A stretch of DNA of 64,000 bases from NCBI GenBank assembly GCA_016720805.1, contig JADKJZ010000002.1, positions 92,664-156,663 of the forward strand, written 5' to 3'. A model generated the notes under the pieces. It saw nothing but the letters and a program-made list of their open reading frames with translations. It searched no databases and had not been told where the DNA came from. This DNA comes from Gemmatimonadota bacterium (lineage in GTDB: Bacteria > Gemmatimonadota > Gemmatimonadetes > Gemmatimonadales > GWC2-71-9). Positions within the stretch are counted from its first letter, which is position 1. Each line of letters opens with the position of its first letter. Both the position numbers and the translations under genes were made by a program. Below, one piece after another: positions 27,148 through 37,909 of this stretch.

Positions 27148-27654
27148 CTAGCTGGCGCTCCGCACCACTCGCACCGTCACCGACAGCTGCCCCACATGGC
27201 GCATCGCATGTTCGGCGCCGTGGACCAGGCAGCCAATCACCGTTGAGGGGAGTTGTGCCCGGCCCACGCCGCGGAAGTCGCCGAGGGTGGCGGCCGGCGT
27301 GCTGCGCAGCTGGGCCATCGCCGCGTCCACCTGATCCGAGAGCGTTCTCAGGACCGCGGGCACGTCGCCGAGCGAGAGGGGACTGCCTTCGGCGCGCAGG
27401 GCGGTGAACTGTGCCTCGGTGAGTCCCTCACCGCGCGCATAGGTGAAGAGGCGGTCGATCACGCCGCTGATGTGTCGGACGTGAAAGGCGGCCGATGCGA
27501 TGCCCGCTGGCCGCGCATTCCATTCGGCTTCCGTGAGCGAGGGAATCAGCTCCTCGACGCTCTCACGCACCTGCAGCAGGATGTGCGCGACCGGTTGGAG
27601 CACATCCGGGACGCCTGCGATCGGACCGCGTTGCCACCATTCCGTGTCGGCCAT
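27148..27654 (-). CDS. DinB-family protein
   Basis: 168 aa: ...AFHVRHISGVIDRL...CLVHGAEHAMRHVGQL (His triad spacing of DinB). Confidence 0.75.
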   Translation of the reverse strand: MADTEWWQRGPIAGVPDVLQPVAHILLQVRESVEELIPSLTEAEWNARPAGIASAAFHVRHISGVIDRLFTYARGEGLTEAQFTALRAEGSPLSLGDVPAVLRTLSDQVDAAMAQLRSTPAATLGDFRGVGRAQLPSTVIGCLVHGAEHAMRHVGQLSVTVRVVRSAS

Positions 27655-27660
27655 GGGACC

Positions 27661-28017
27661 TCAGTGATTGCTGTGCGTGGACAGGGCGACTGGCGCGAGA
27701 TGCTGCACCGCGCGGAGCAGGGTGCGCGTCCCGCCGAAGAACCCTCCCCAGCCGAAGTAACTGCCGTCGGCGAAGAAGGCGGTCTTGCTGTCGCCGTATT
27801 CGATCTTGACCCAGTTGTTCACGAAGTCGCGCCCCTGCTTGCCGAAGGTGATCCGGTGAACCGCGGTCACCATCACCGTCCCCTTCTTCCCGACGAACTC
27901 CAGCGAGTCGTCGTGGAGCGTCAGCGAGCCTCGGTCATGCATCGCCAGGACGTTCAGGTCGCGCCAGCGGTTCTCTGAGTGAAGAAACCAGACATTGGGA
28001 AAGCTGCGAGTCGGCAT
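27661..28017 (-). CDS. Hypothetical protein (118 aa)
   Basis: Trimmed to MPTRSFPNVWFLHSENRWRDLNVLAMHDRGSLTLHDDSLEFVGKKG... Composition is protein-like, and 3rd-position GC bias is consistent with coding. I did not recognise a family. Confidence 0.5.
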   Translation of the reverse strand: MPTRSFPNVWFLHSENRWRDLNVLAMHDRGSLTLHDDSLEFVGKKGTVMVTAVHRITFGKQGRDFVNNWVKIEYGDSKTAFFADGSYFGWGGFFGGTRTLLRAVQHLAPVALSTHSNH

Positions 28018-28150
28018 GGGGTGTCGTCCGGAATGGGGGACAGGGATGACCCCGGAAGGTACATCACCGTCGCCCTCAGGCGGGTCTTCACCGTATACTG
28101 GGGGATCCCCCAGTTCGCTGATCGCCTGCCCCCGGACCCGAGGTCTGCGC

Positions 28151-29734
28151 ATGGATGGTACGTCCGACGTCGTTCGGTCGCCTGTCGCCCCACCCGCATT
28201 CGCCTTGGCCGGGCTGTGCAGTCTGCTGGCGTGTGCTCCGTCATCGGCCCCGTCGCCTGCGGTGGCGCCGCCACCCAACGTCCTCTTCATTGCCATCGAT
28301 GACCTCCGTCCAACTCTCGGCGCCTACGGCGACCCAGTCGTCAAGACGCCGAACATCGATCGGCTGGCGCGGTCGGGGGCCGTCTTCCTCGAGGCGCACG
28401 CGCAGGAAGCGGTCTGCAATCCCTCGCGCGCCAGCCTCCTGACCGGGCTGCGCCCCGATTCGCTCCGGGTCTGGGACCTGGAGACCGACTTCCGACGCAC
28501 CACGCCCGACGTCGTCACCCTGCCGCAGTACTTCATCCGCAACGGCTACACCGCGGTCAGCGTCGGGAAGATCTATCACAACCTGATCCCCGACTCGCTC
28601 TCCTGGAGTGAGCCGGAGCACAAAGTGGCGGGCTTTCCCTACGATCCCGATGCGGTCTACCATGGGCACGACAACGTGTCCATCCAGGAGATCCGGAAGG
28701 CGGCGCTGATCCGTGCCGGCCGCGAGGCAACCGCCATCGACCAGTTCGGACAATGGTACCTGAAGGCGAATGCCACCGAGGCGGAGGACCTCCCTGACAG
28801 CGTCTATTACGACGGCGCGCAGACCGACTATGCCGTGCGCCGGTTGGCGGCACTCCGCGACGCCGGCCGACCGTTCTTCTTCGCCGTGGGCTACTACCGA
28901 CCGCACCTCCCCTTCAACGCACCGAAGCGCTACTGGGATCTGTATGATCGGAAGGCATTGCCGCTGGCGCCGAACCGGACGGTGCCGGCGGGCGCGCCCG
29001 GCATGGCCGTCAACACCAATCGGGAGCTGCGTGGCTACGCCGACTTCGCCAACGCGCAGGACGCCGCGGAGGGCACGCTCGATTCGGCGGACGTGCGCCG
29101 CCTGACGCACGGTTACTACGCCTCGATCAGCTACGTCGACGCGCAGGTCGGTCGGTTGCTGGACCAACTCGACGCGCTTGGCCTCACCAAGAACACCATC
29201 GTGGTGCTCTGGGGCGACAACGGCTTCAAGCTCGGCGAGCACAACGGCTGGGCCAAGATGACCAACTACACCATCGACACGCATGTCCCGTTGATCATCC
29301 GGGCACCCGGTCAGGTCCGGCCCGGGCTCCGACTGTCGCAGCCGGTCGAGTTGGTCGACATCTACCCGACGCTGGTCGCGCTCGCGGGGCTGCCCGTGCC
29401 GTCGCAGCTGCAGGGCGCCAGCGCCATGCCCTTGCTGGCCAATCCCCAGCGGCCCTGGAAGAGCGCCGTGTTCAGCCAGTACCTGCGCAACGGGATCTGG
29501 GTGGCGAAGGACAGCATCCCGTACATGGGGTACTCGATGCTCACCGCCGACTGGCACTACGTCGCGTGGATGAACTGGACGACACGGCAGTACGTCGCCT
29601 GGGAACTGTATGATCGCCGCGCCGACCCGATGGAGAATGTGAACCTGGCCGGCCGGCCGGAGCACACCGCGTTGCTCGCCCGGCTGGAAGCGGAGCGAGT
29701 GACGGGCTGGCGCGCGGCGCGGCCCGCAGAGTGA
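28151..29734 (+). CDS. Cys-type sulfatase (iduronate-2-sulfatase-like), probable lipoprotein
   Basis: ATG at 28151. LAGLCSLLAC lipobox-like. NVLFIAIDDLRP; sulfatase signature CNPSRASLLTGLRP; GKIYH; later VVLWGDNGFKLGEHNGWAKM. Confidence 0.9.
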   Translation: MDGTSDVVRSPVAPPAFALAGLCSLLACAPSSAPSPAVAPPPNVLFIAIDDLRPTLGAYGDPVVKTPNIDRLARSGAVFLEAHAQEAVCNPSRASLLTGLRPDSLRVWDLETDFRRTTPDVVTLPQYFIRNGYTAVSVGKIYHNLIPDSLSWSEPEHKVAGFPYDPDAVYHGHDNVSIQEIRKAALIRAGREATAIDQFGQWYLKANATEAEDLPDSVYYDGAQTDYAVRRLAALRDAGRPFFFAVGYYRPHLPFNAPKRYWDLYDRKALPLAPNRTVPAGAPGMAVNTNRELRGYADFANAQDAAEGTLDSADVRRLTHGYYASISYVDAQVGRLLDQLDALGLTKNTIVVLWGDNGFKLGEHNGWAKMTNYTIDTHVPLIIRAPGQVRPGLRLSQPVELVDIYPTLVALAGLPVPSQLQGASAMPLLANPQRPWKSAVFSQYLRNGIWVAKDSIPYMGYSMLTADWHYVAWMNWTTRQYVAWELYDRRADPMENVNLAGRPEHTALLARLEAERVTGWRAARPAE

Positions 29735-29753
29735 GCACTCCACACCATCGAGG

Positions 29754-32000
29754 GTGAGCATGCCCCACCGTCGCGTCTCGTTGATCGCACTCGGCCTGGT
29801 CGTCGCGGTGGCTCCCGCCGCCGCGCAGACCGCGGTCCGGGCACCACTCACGATCGAGCGCATCTTCACGAAGCGGGAATTCGCGGCCGCACCGGCCGGC
29901 TGGTCGCCCTGGCTCGATGACGTCCGTGGGGCCACTCGGCTCGTGGCGTCCGGGCAGGCGGGAGGTGGGGTGGATTTGGTCGCCATCACCGCGGCAGGGG
30001 TCCGCTCGGTCATCCTCCCCGCGACCGCACTCGTGCCCCGCGGGGAGACGCGGCAGCTTCGGATGACATCCTATGGCTTTTCGGAAGACCATTCGCGCCT
30101 ACTGATCAATGCGGCTGCCGCCGCTGGAGTGCCGGCCGAGGGGACCTGGTGGGTCATCGATCTCGCCACGCGGCAACTCACGCAGGTGGGCGCGTCGGGG
30201 CTGCCAGGCCGCGTCGTGGCGCCACAGCTCTCGCCGGACGGGAGCCACGTGGCGTATGCCTCGGAACACAACCTCTATGTCGAGGCGGTGGCGACATCGA
30301 CCAGGCGTCAGTTGACTCAGGATGGCGCGCCGACCCGAATCAACGGCGACTCACCGCGACCCTTTGCCGTGGTCAACAACACCAAGGGCTTCCGCTGGAG
30401 CCCCGACGGCACGCAGCTCGCCTACGTCCAGTTCGACATGGCCGGCGTGCAGAGCGTCCTGATGATCAACAACGTGGACTACCTCTACCCGAAGGTCGAT
30501 TCCTTTCAGCACGTGAAGCCGGGGGCAACCCTGCCGGCGAGTCGAGTCGGTGTCGTGTCGATTGCAGGCGGGGCAACGTCATGGATCGGGCTGCCGGGCG
30601 ACCCGCGGATGAACTACCTGACCACGGTCGAGTGGGCAGCGAGTTCGTCGGAACTCACGGTGCAGCAGTTTGATCGGCATCAGAACCGGATGACCGTCTT
30701 TCTGGCGGCCGTGCCGGCGGGCCGCACCACAACGATCGTGAATGAGACAGACCCGACCTTTCTCGATCCGTTCAGCATCGAGTGGATCGACAGCGGTCGC
30801 CACTTCCTCTGGATCACGGAACGCGACGGCTGGCGTCATGTGTATCGGCACGAGCGCGACGGCAGCCATCCGGTGCTGGTGACCCGAGGGGATTTCGACA
30901 TCGCCTCGATCGAGCGGATCGACGAGGCGGGGGGCTGGCTCTACTATATGGCGTCGCCGGACAACGCGATCTACCGAGCGCTGTACCGCACGCGGCTTGA
31001 CGGCAGCGGCCTCCCGGAGCGCATCACCCCAGCCGGGCCGCCAGGGACGCACAGCTACAGCATTTCGCCGTCCGGGCAGTGGGCCTTTCACACCTATTCC
31101 CGCTTCGACACGCCGCCCCGCTCCGAGGTCGTCGCGCTCCCCACGCACCGCGTCGTGCGCACCGTGCAGGACAACGGGGTGCTGCGCGCCAAGCTCGACG
31201 GCGTGGCCCGGGCACCCTACGAGTTTCTCAAGGTCGACATCGGCAACGGCGTGCGCCTCGACGCGTGGTGCGTCAAGCCGCCGGACTTCGACCCGTCGAA
31301 GAAGTACCCGGTGATCTTCCACGAATACAGCATGCCAGGCGGCCAGTTCGTCACCGACAGCTGGAAGGGCGACAACTATCTCTTTTACCTCATGCTGGCC
31401 CAGCGCGGCTTCGTGGTCATGGCGGTCGACTCACGCGGCACGCCATCATTGTACGGCCGGGCGTGGCGCAAGATCATCTACCAGAACCACGGCATCCTCC
31501 CCGCCGATGACATCGCGGCAGCGGCCAAGGTACTCCTGGCCGAGCGGCCGTATCTGGATGCGAAGCATGTCGGCGTCTACGGCTGGAGCGGCGGCGGGTT
31601 GATCAGCATGCTCCTGCTGCTCCGCCATGGCGACGTCTTCCAGGCTGCGGTTCCCGGCGCCTTCATCAGCGATCATCGCTACTACGAGGCCGGCTTCACC
31701 GAGCGCTACCTCGGCCTGCCAGAGGAGTCGCCCGCGGCCTATGACAAGGCGGCCGCGCTGCGATACGCCAAGAACCTCACCGGCGACCTGCTCATGCTGC
31801 ACGGGACGGCCGACGACAACGTGCACTACCAGAACATGGAGCTGATGGTGGATGCGCTCATCGCCACGGGGAAGCACTTTGCCGTGGTGCCTTATCCCAA
31901 TCGCTCGCATGGGATGGCCGAGGGGATCAACACCAAGGCACACCAGCACGACACGATCCTCTGGTTCTTCACGGAGCATCTCCATCCTCGGATGGAGTGA
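29754..32000 (+). CDS. S9B dipeptidyl-peptidase IV family serine peptidase
   Basis: 748 aa. Signal peptide and a beta-propeller N-terminal half. Catalytic GWSGGG, HGTADDNVH and NRSHG. Confidence 0.9.
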   Translation: MSMPHRRVSLIALGLVVAVAPAAAQTAVRAPLTIERIFTKREFAAAPAGWSPWLDDVRGATRLVASGQAGGGVDLVAITAAGVRSVILPATALVPRGETRQLRMTSYGFSEDHSRLLINAAAAAGVPAEGTWWVIDLATRQLTQVGASGLPGRVVAPQLSPDGSHVAYASEHNLYVEAVATSTRRQLTQDGAPTRINGDSPRPFAVVNNTKGFRWSPDGTQLAYVQFDMAGVQSVLMINNVDYLYPKVDSFQHVKPGATLPASRVGVVSIAGGATSWIGLPGDPRMNYLTTVEWAASSSELTVQQFDRHQNRMTVFLAAVPAGRTTTIVNETDPTFLDPFSIEWIDSGRHFLWITERDGWRHVYRHERDGSHPVLVTRGDFDIASIERIDEAGGWLYYMASPDNAIYRALYRTRLDGSGLPERITPAGPPGTHSYSISPSGQWAFHTYSRFDTPPRSEVVALPTHRVVRTVQDNGVLRAKLDGVARAPYEFLKVDIGNGVRLDAWCVKPPDFDPSKKYPVIFHEYSMPGGQFVTDSWKGDNYLFYLMLAQRGFVVMAVDSRGTPSLYGRAWRKIIYQNHGILPADDIAAAAKVLLAERPYLDAKHVGVYGWSGGGLISMLLLLRHGDVFQAAVPGAFISDHRYYEAGFTERYLGLPEESPAAYDKAAALRYAKNLTGDLLMLHGTADDNVHYQNMELMVDALIATGKHFAVVPYPNRSHGMAEGINTKAHQHDTILWFFTEHLHPRME

Positions 32001-32037
32001 CCGCCACGGCGTCGCGCGTGCCTCGGTGCAGTAGGGT

Positions 32038-32250
32038 ATGATGCGGATCCCTGCACAACGAGGCACCATGTCATTCTCGCTCTATTTCGTCGGCGCGCTG
32101 ATCGTGATCGGTGGCGTGGCCTGGGGCATGATCAAGGCCGGATTGCCTACGACGTGGGTGATCATTGCGGCGGTCGTCATGGTGGGCGTCGGCATCCTGA
32201 GCGGCGTGAGCCACACCCGCTCGCGCGACCTCCCGAAGGATCCGTCCTGA
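32038..32250 (+). CDS. Small two-TM membrane protein
   Basis: 70 aa, or 60 aa from MSFSLYF at 32068. Two hydrophobic helices (FVGALIVIGGVAWGMI and WVIIAAVVMVGVGILSGV). Confidence 0.5.
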   Translation: MMRIPAQRGTMSFSLYFVGALIVIGGVAWGMIKAGLPTTWVIIAAVVMVGVGILSGVSHTRSRDLPKDPS

Positions 32251-32265
32251 GCGGCTGAGCGCGTT

Positions 32266-33537
32266 TCATCGCCGCACCGCGGCGAGCAACGCAGCGAACA
32301 GCGTCGGTTCCGCGCGCAGCCGCTCGTCAGCAATCCATTCCGGCTTCACCGTGGCCCCCGCGGCGACCAGCGCTGTCAGGATGCGGATGTAGGGCGCCGC
32401 GCTCGGCCGATCCTCCTTGAGCCAGGCGTGCAGCGCCCAGACCAGCGGTGGCGTTCCGAACTGGGCATCGGGGAGGTCGAGCGGCGCGCCGTGCTGGATC
32501 AGCAGTTCCACCAGCTTCGCGTCGCCTTGATAGGCGGCGACATGCAGCGCCGTCTGCCCCCCCTCGGGCCGTCGCAGGGCCGGATCGACCCCGAGCTTCA
32601 GCAGCAGCCGGATGGCGTCCCGCTGGCCATACCATGCCGCCATCGCCATCATCTCGCCACGATCGGCGGCGGAGACGCTCTTCGGCGGTTCGAACGCCTG
32701 GCGCAACAGGTCGAGGCGACCGAGGCCGGCCGCGTCGGTCGCGGTGACGCGCGCGCCGCGCCCGGCGAGGTGCGCCGCAGCCTCAGGGCAACCATTCATC
32801 AGGCAGTAGCGCACGATGCCCGCGTCCAGCCGTGCGCCGCGCGCCAGGAGGAGGTCAGCAAGAGCGTTCTGGACCCCGGCCGCGCGCGGATGCGAGCTCG
32901 TCACCACGAGGGCAAGCGTCGTGGCGCCGCCGCCGTAGACGTCGGCCTCGGCATCGATCGCGGCGCCGGCATCAAGCAGCCGCTCCGTGATCGCCACGAT
33001 GTTGGCGGGCGTGCGCTGGCGGTAGCTCTCGACGCCGTTCGCGGAGGCGTAGTGGAGCAGTGTGCTCCTGTGCTCGCGGCTGGAACGCGCACCGACGAGC
33101 GCCGGCTCCGCCCGCAGCAGCAGTTCGAGCGTGGCAAGGTCGCCGGCCACGATCGCATCGGCCGCGCGCTCGAAGGTGGCGACCGCCGAGTCCTGCTGCG
33201 CGGCGGCCTCCACATACTGCACCAGCTTCGGCCAGCTGTCGAAGCCGTGCGCGCGGGCGATCACGAACTGCGCCTGCGCAATGGTGGCGTCGTTCGGGCG
33301 GAGCCGCTCGCGGACGAAGTGTATCAGCTGTTGCCCGGGGCGTTCGACGTCGGCAGGGCTCAGCCGGCTGCCGTCGGGCTGGAGTCGCACCAGATCGGCG
33401 ATCCACCGGGTGACCCAGCGCTGCATGGCGGGGTCGCCCTGGCGACACGCCGCGACAAGTTCCTTGGCGCGCGTGCGGTACTGCTCGAGGTCGGGGCGTG
33501 GCGGGAGGGGAAGCGCGTCCTGCGGATTGGGATACAT
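32266..33537 (-). CDS. Ankyrin-repeat protein with conserved N-terminal helical module (paralogue group 1 of 3)
   Basis: 423 aa. N-terminal PRPDLEQYRTRAKELV...AQFVIARAHGFDSWPKL. ANK-like units: STLLHYASANG, TALHVAAYQGDAKLVELLIQHGAPLD. Confidence 0.75.
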   Translation of the reverse strand: MYPNPQDALPLPPRPDLEQYRTRAKELVAACRQGDPAMQRWVTRWIADLVRLQPDGSRLSPADVERPGQQLIHFVRERLRPNDATIAQAQFVIARAHGFDSWPKLVQYVEAAAQQDSAVATFERAADAIVAGDLATLELLLRAEPALVGARSSREHRSTLLHYASANGVESYRQRTPANIVAITERLLDAGAAIDAEADVYGGGATTLALVVTSSHPRAAGVQNALADLLLARGARLDAGIVRYCLMNGCPEAAAHLAGRGARVTATDAAGLGRLDLLRQAFEPPKSVSAADRGEMMAMAAWYGQRDAIRLLLKLGVDPALRRPEGGQTALHVAAYQGDAKLVELLIQHGAPLDLPDAQFGTPPLVWALHAWLKEDRPSAAPYIRILTALVAAGATVKPEWIADERLRAEPTLFAALLAAVRR

Positions 33538-33716
33538 ACGAATCTCCTTTCGGGGCGCCTGGAGTCCGCACTGATCAGGCTGAAAGAAGGTTCGTCGATT
33601 TTTTGGCGACTGCGGTGGGTGGGCACGGCCCTTTACGCGGACTGAATGCGCCCCAGGCGCACTTCAGTGTAGCGCCGAAATTTCCCTGGCACAATGTCAT
33701 GGGCCATGGTAGGCCG

Positions 33717-34106
33717 TCAGGATGCGGTCTCGCGAACTTGCAGCACGTTGCCCTCCGGATCGTGGCCGTCGCACGCCCGGAACCCGCGCGCCTCCCACTC
33801 GTGCTCGGCCGAACGAATCGCTCCACCCAGCGCCCCGGCCACGTCGCGGGCGTGCAGGATGCTCACGACCGGCAGGCAGAGCTTCCAATGCGAGTCCTCG
33901 CGCACCACGATGGTCGTCCGTGCGGCGTGGTCGCGATCCGCCTGCGGCGGGAGCGCGTGGATCACCACTTCGAGTCCGTCGATCGCCAGCACGGCATGGC
34001 TCGACTCCTGGTGCAGGACGGTCATCTGCGCGAGTTCGGCGTAGAAAGTCGTCATACGCGGAACATCATCGACGAACAGCACGACACTCGGGTTCGGGGG
34101 TGTCAT
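33717..34106 (-). CDS. VOC/glyoxalase-fold protein
   Basis: 129 aa: VVLFVDDVPRMTTFYAEL...GFRACDGHDPEGNVLQV. Confidence 0.7.
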   Translation of the reverse strand: MTPPNPSVVLFVDDVPRMTTFYAELAQMTVLHQESSHAVLAIDGLEVVIHALPPQADRDHAARTTIVVREDSHWKLCLPVVSILHARDVAGALGGAIRSAEHEWEARGFRACDGHDPEGNVLQVRETAS

Positions 34107-34110
34107 GATG

Positions 34111-34563
34111 CTACACCCCGAACTGCCGCAGGTGATGGTCGGTGTGCAGCCAGGCCCACCGCATCCAGTTCGCCCGGCTCATCGACCCGAGCACTGGATG
34201 CGCCTCGACCAGCGCTTCGGGCGTCGCGCTCGCGAGGGCCCGAAGGAGCGAGACGGCTCGCTCGAGGTCGGTGGTGAAATTGATGGGGTCGACGGCGGCC
34301 CCCGCGGGGTCGGCGCCGGCCGTGATGCCGCGCGGCATCTGCCGGAGCACGTGGAGCAGCAGGAACTTGCGGAGCGGTGACGGCTTGCCGCGTGGCCTGG
34401 ATGCGAACGGGCGCAGCTTGAGGACGGCCTCGGAGGCGTCCCCGAGGTGCCGCGCCATCTGCTGCCCGTTCATCGTGCCCCACGCCGCCGCATGGGCGGG
34501 CGTCAGGCGTTCGAGGCGCGCGACCAGCTCGTCGCGCACGGCGTCATCAGCGAGATTCTTCAT
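34111..34563 (-). CDS. DUF1569 (DinB-superfamily) protein
   Basis: 150 aa: ...WGTMNGQQMARHLGD... ending WMRWAWLHTDHHLRQFGV, the characteristic DUF1569 C-terminus. Confidence 0.75.
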   Translation of the reverse strand: MKNLADDAVRDELVARLERLTPAHAAAWGTMNGQQMARHLGDASEAVLKLRPFASRPRGKPSPLRKFLLLHVLRQMPRGITAGADPAGAAVDPINFTTDLERAVSLLRALASATPEALVEAHPVLGSMSRANWMRWAWLHTDHHLRQFGV

Positions 34564-34601
34564 CAGGGACCCGGGTCAGAAGGAGAAGAGGGTGCGGGAG
34601 C

Positions 34602-34976
34602 TCACCAGAAACCGTCGTCGTCCCGCGCCTTCACGGCGCGGACGCGCGCCTTGGCAATCTTGCGAATGAGTGCCTCGGGGAGCGGCGCCGAGTATGGCAG
34701 CTGGAGCATCCTCTTGGTGGTCTGGTGTTTCGCCAGCTCCTTCCGGAACGGCTCCAGTCCCGCCTCCATCGGCGTGAAGTTGCAGTGCGCCTTGTGCGCC
34801 GAGAAGGCAAAGAGAAAGCGCGGCTCGACGAAGAACGGCGTGCCCCACTTGATCGCCTCCTCGGCGTCAGGCGCGATCTCCTTCAGGATCGCGTAGAGCC
34901 GCCGCAGGTGCGACCGTCCCGCCGGGGGCGCCACCGCGATGTACTCGGCGATCGTGGTGGCGCGTGCGCGTCCCAT
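34602..34976 (-). CDS. DUF1801 domain protein
   Basis: Trimmed to MGRARATTIAEYIAVAPPAGRSHLRRLYAILKEIAPDAEEAIKWGTPFFV... Confidence 0.7.
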   Translation of the reverse strand: MGRARATTIAEYIAVAPPAGRSHLRRLYAILKEIAPDAEEAIKWGTPFFVEPRFLFAFSAHKAHCNFTPMEAGLEPFRKELAKHQTTKRMLQLPYSAPLPEALIRKIAKARVRAVKARDDDGFW

Positions 34977-34983
34977 TGTGCCC

Positions 34984-35379
34984 TCAGCCCTTCGCCGAGG
35001 CGACGTTGAATGCCACCGCGGCGCGAATGAGCGCGGTGAACGCCTTGGCATCGACCGCCTCGCCTTCGTGAATGTCGATCGCGCGGCGGACGTTGCCGTC
35101 GAGGCTTGAGTTGAAGAGGCCGCCTGGGTCCTTGAGCGACGCTCCCTTCGCGAAGGTCAGCTTGACGGCCTTCTTGTAGCTCTCGCCGGTGCAGATCAGG
35201 CCGGTATGCGACCACACCGGCCCGCCCCACTTCCATTCCTCGACGATGCCCGGATCGGCGGCAAGGATCATCGCGCGAACCGTCGCGAGGGTCTCGCCCC
35301 GCCAGTCACCGAGTTCGGCAATCCGTCCGTCGATCAGCGCGGCGGCGGAGTCGGTGGGCGTGGCTGCACTCTTCTTCAT
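34984..35379 (-). CDS. DUF1801 domain protein
   Basis: Trimmed to MKKSAATPTDSAAALIDGRIAELGDWRGETLATVRAMILAADPGIVEEWKWGGPVWSH... Confidence 0.7.
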   Translation of the reverse strand: MKKSAATPTDSAAALIDGRIAELGDWRGETLATVRAMILAADPGIVEEWKWGGPVWSHTGLICTGESYKKAVKLTFAKGASLKDPGGLFNSSLDGNVRRAIDIHEGEAVDAKAFTALIRAAVAFNVASAKG

Positions 35380-35427
35380 TGGTGATTCTCCCTGAGATGT
35401 GCGACGCATCACACCCGGTACGCCGTG

Positions 35428-36699
35428 CTACCGGAGTCCGCCCCGCTCCTCGACCAGTCGCATCGACTCACGACTCACGAAGATCCGCGCGTGATACTGC
35501 TCGCCCCAGCCGAGTGGCGTGACGCCACGGTATTCGTGGATCGGCCCACCGCCGTGCCCCTCCTCGAGCTGCGCGCGGATCGACGCACGGACGTTCGGGT
35601 CGGCACCACGATCGAGCAGCAGCCGGGTGAATCGCGCCTCGTCGGGCTGCCCGCTGCCGTAGTTGACCCAGAAGTTGCGCTGGGAGACCACGGTTGAAAA
35701 GAGGGAGGTGTAGCCGCCAAAGCCGTCGGCATCGATGGCCGCAGGGACATTCGGGTCCATGCCGCGGTCGAGCAGCCACTCGCCGATTTCCACGTCGTCG
35801 AAGTACGCCGCAATGTGCAGGAGCGTGGCGCCCTCGAGCGGTGTTCCCTGGGCGGTGTACGGGCCTGCTGCGCAGGCCGGTGCCATCGGGAAGATCGCCG
35901 CCTTCGGGAAGGTGCGCGTGAGCAGTTGCGGGTCGCGGAGCAGATGGGCCTCGAGCAGGTCGAGCCGCCCCCGATGGAAGGCCATGATCGGCGTGTCGGG
36001 CGGCTCGAAGCCGTGCTCGACGTACAGCTCCAGGATGCGGTGCTTCGCCGCCGAGTTCCGGCTGTCGGTGCCGAGCAGATGCTCCATGACGGTGGGCTCG
36101 ACACCGTCGGGGCCATCGACGCGGACGCCGAGCGAGAAGAGCACCGCCGTGCCGGCGACGTTCAGCGTGTAGGCCGGGCCGGCGAGTGAATCGTGACTGA
36201 CGGCCGGTCGCCCCGCCAAGTCGTAGATCATTCGCACCGTGCCGGGATGGCCCTGCAGGGCGGCCCGACCGGCGGCCTTCTCCAGGTCGCGCGCACCACG
36301 GGCATGCAGCTGGCGGATCAGCTCGTCGCGACCGAGGTTGGCCGCGTAGCTCATCGGCGGCCCCCAGTTGCTGTCGGGGCGGAGCAGCACCGGCTCATGA
36401 AGCAGGGCCGGATTTGAGTCGACGAGCGAGAGCAGCTTGGCGCGGTCGTCGCGCCAGATCGCATCGACCAGCTCCACCGCGACGACCAGCCTTGGCCAGC
36501 TCGACGCGCGATAACTTTTCGCGAGGACGCGCTGCGCCTCGGCGAGTTTCGCCGCCGCGGGATCGGACGGTTCGGGGTGGAGTTCGCGCCACTCGGCGAT
36601 CGCCGTCGCGTCGCCGGCGTGGATCGCCTTGAGGAATTCCTTGGCCTGGCGATGCAGCTGGTCGAGATCGGGACGGACGGGAAGATCACGGCCGGGCAT
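35428..36699 (-). CDS. Ankyrin-like repeat protein sharing the N-terminal module (paralogue group 2 of 3)
   Basis: 423 aa. VRPDLDQLHRQAKEFLKAIHAGD...AQRVLAKSYRASSWPRL. C-terminal ATLLHIAAYFDDVEIGEWLLDRGMDPN and TRLLLDRGADPN. Confidence 0.7.
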   Translation of the reverse strand: MPGRDLPVRPDLDQLHRQAKEFLKAIHAGDATAIAEWRELHPEPSDPAAAKLAEAQRVLAKSYRASSWPRLVVAVELVDAIWRDDRAKLLSLVDSNPALLHEPVLLRPDSNWGPPMSYAANLGRDELIRQLHARGARDLEKAAGRAALQGHPGTVRMIYDLAGRPAVSHDSLAGPAYTLNVAGTAVLFSLGVRVDGPDGVEPTVMEHLLGTDSRNSAAKHRILELYVEHGFEPPDTPIMAFHRGRLDLLEAHLLRDPQLLTRTFPKAAIFPMAPACAAGPYTAQGTPLEGATLLHIAAYFDDVEIGEWLLDRGMDPNVPAAIDADGFGGYTSLFSTVVSQRNFWVNYGSGQPDEARFTRLLLDRGADPNVRASIRAQLEEGHGGGPIHEYRGVTPLGWGEQYHARIFVSRESMRLVEERGGLR

Positions 36700-36976
36700 G
36701 ACGAACCTCCTTGATGTGCCCGTGGTCCGCTGGCGCCGGGCGAAGGAGGGTCATGGGTACGTCCCGGGGACTGCTCGGCACGCTGCTCAGGTGGACTCGG
36801 TCCTGTCCGCGGACGGGAGGCGCCCTGCGCGCCCTCACAGAAATTACTGCTCGTGCTGTGCGGCCGACAGGGAGGGGGGCGTTCGTTTCATGTGTGCGAC
36901 GTGGCTACCTATCTCGCCCCCCGGGCCGTAGGATTCCCCGTTGCCGCACGCATTCCTCCCCCGGGACCAGGTCGAC

Positions 36977-37901
<925 letters not shown>

Positions 37902-37909
<8 letters not shown>

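Noticed and set aside
33538-33716. Small ORFs in the spacer (for example 33575-33826 on the minus strand, 83 aa).
   Set aside because: Composition is Arg/Ala/Thr/Pro-rich. It overlaps the VOC gene's 3' end. There is no start context or recognisable motif.
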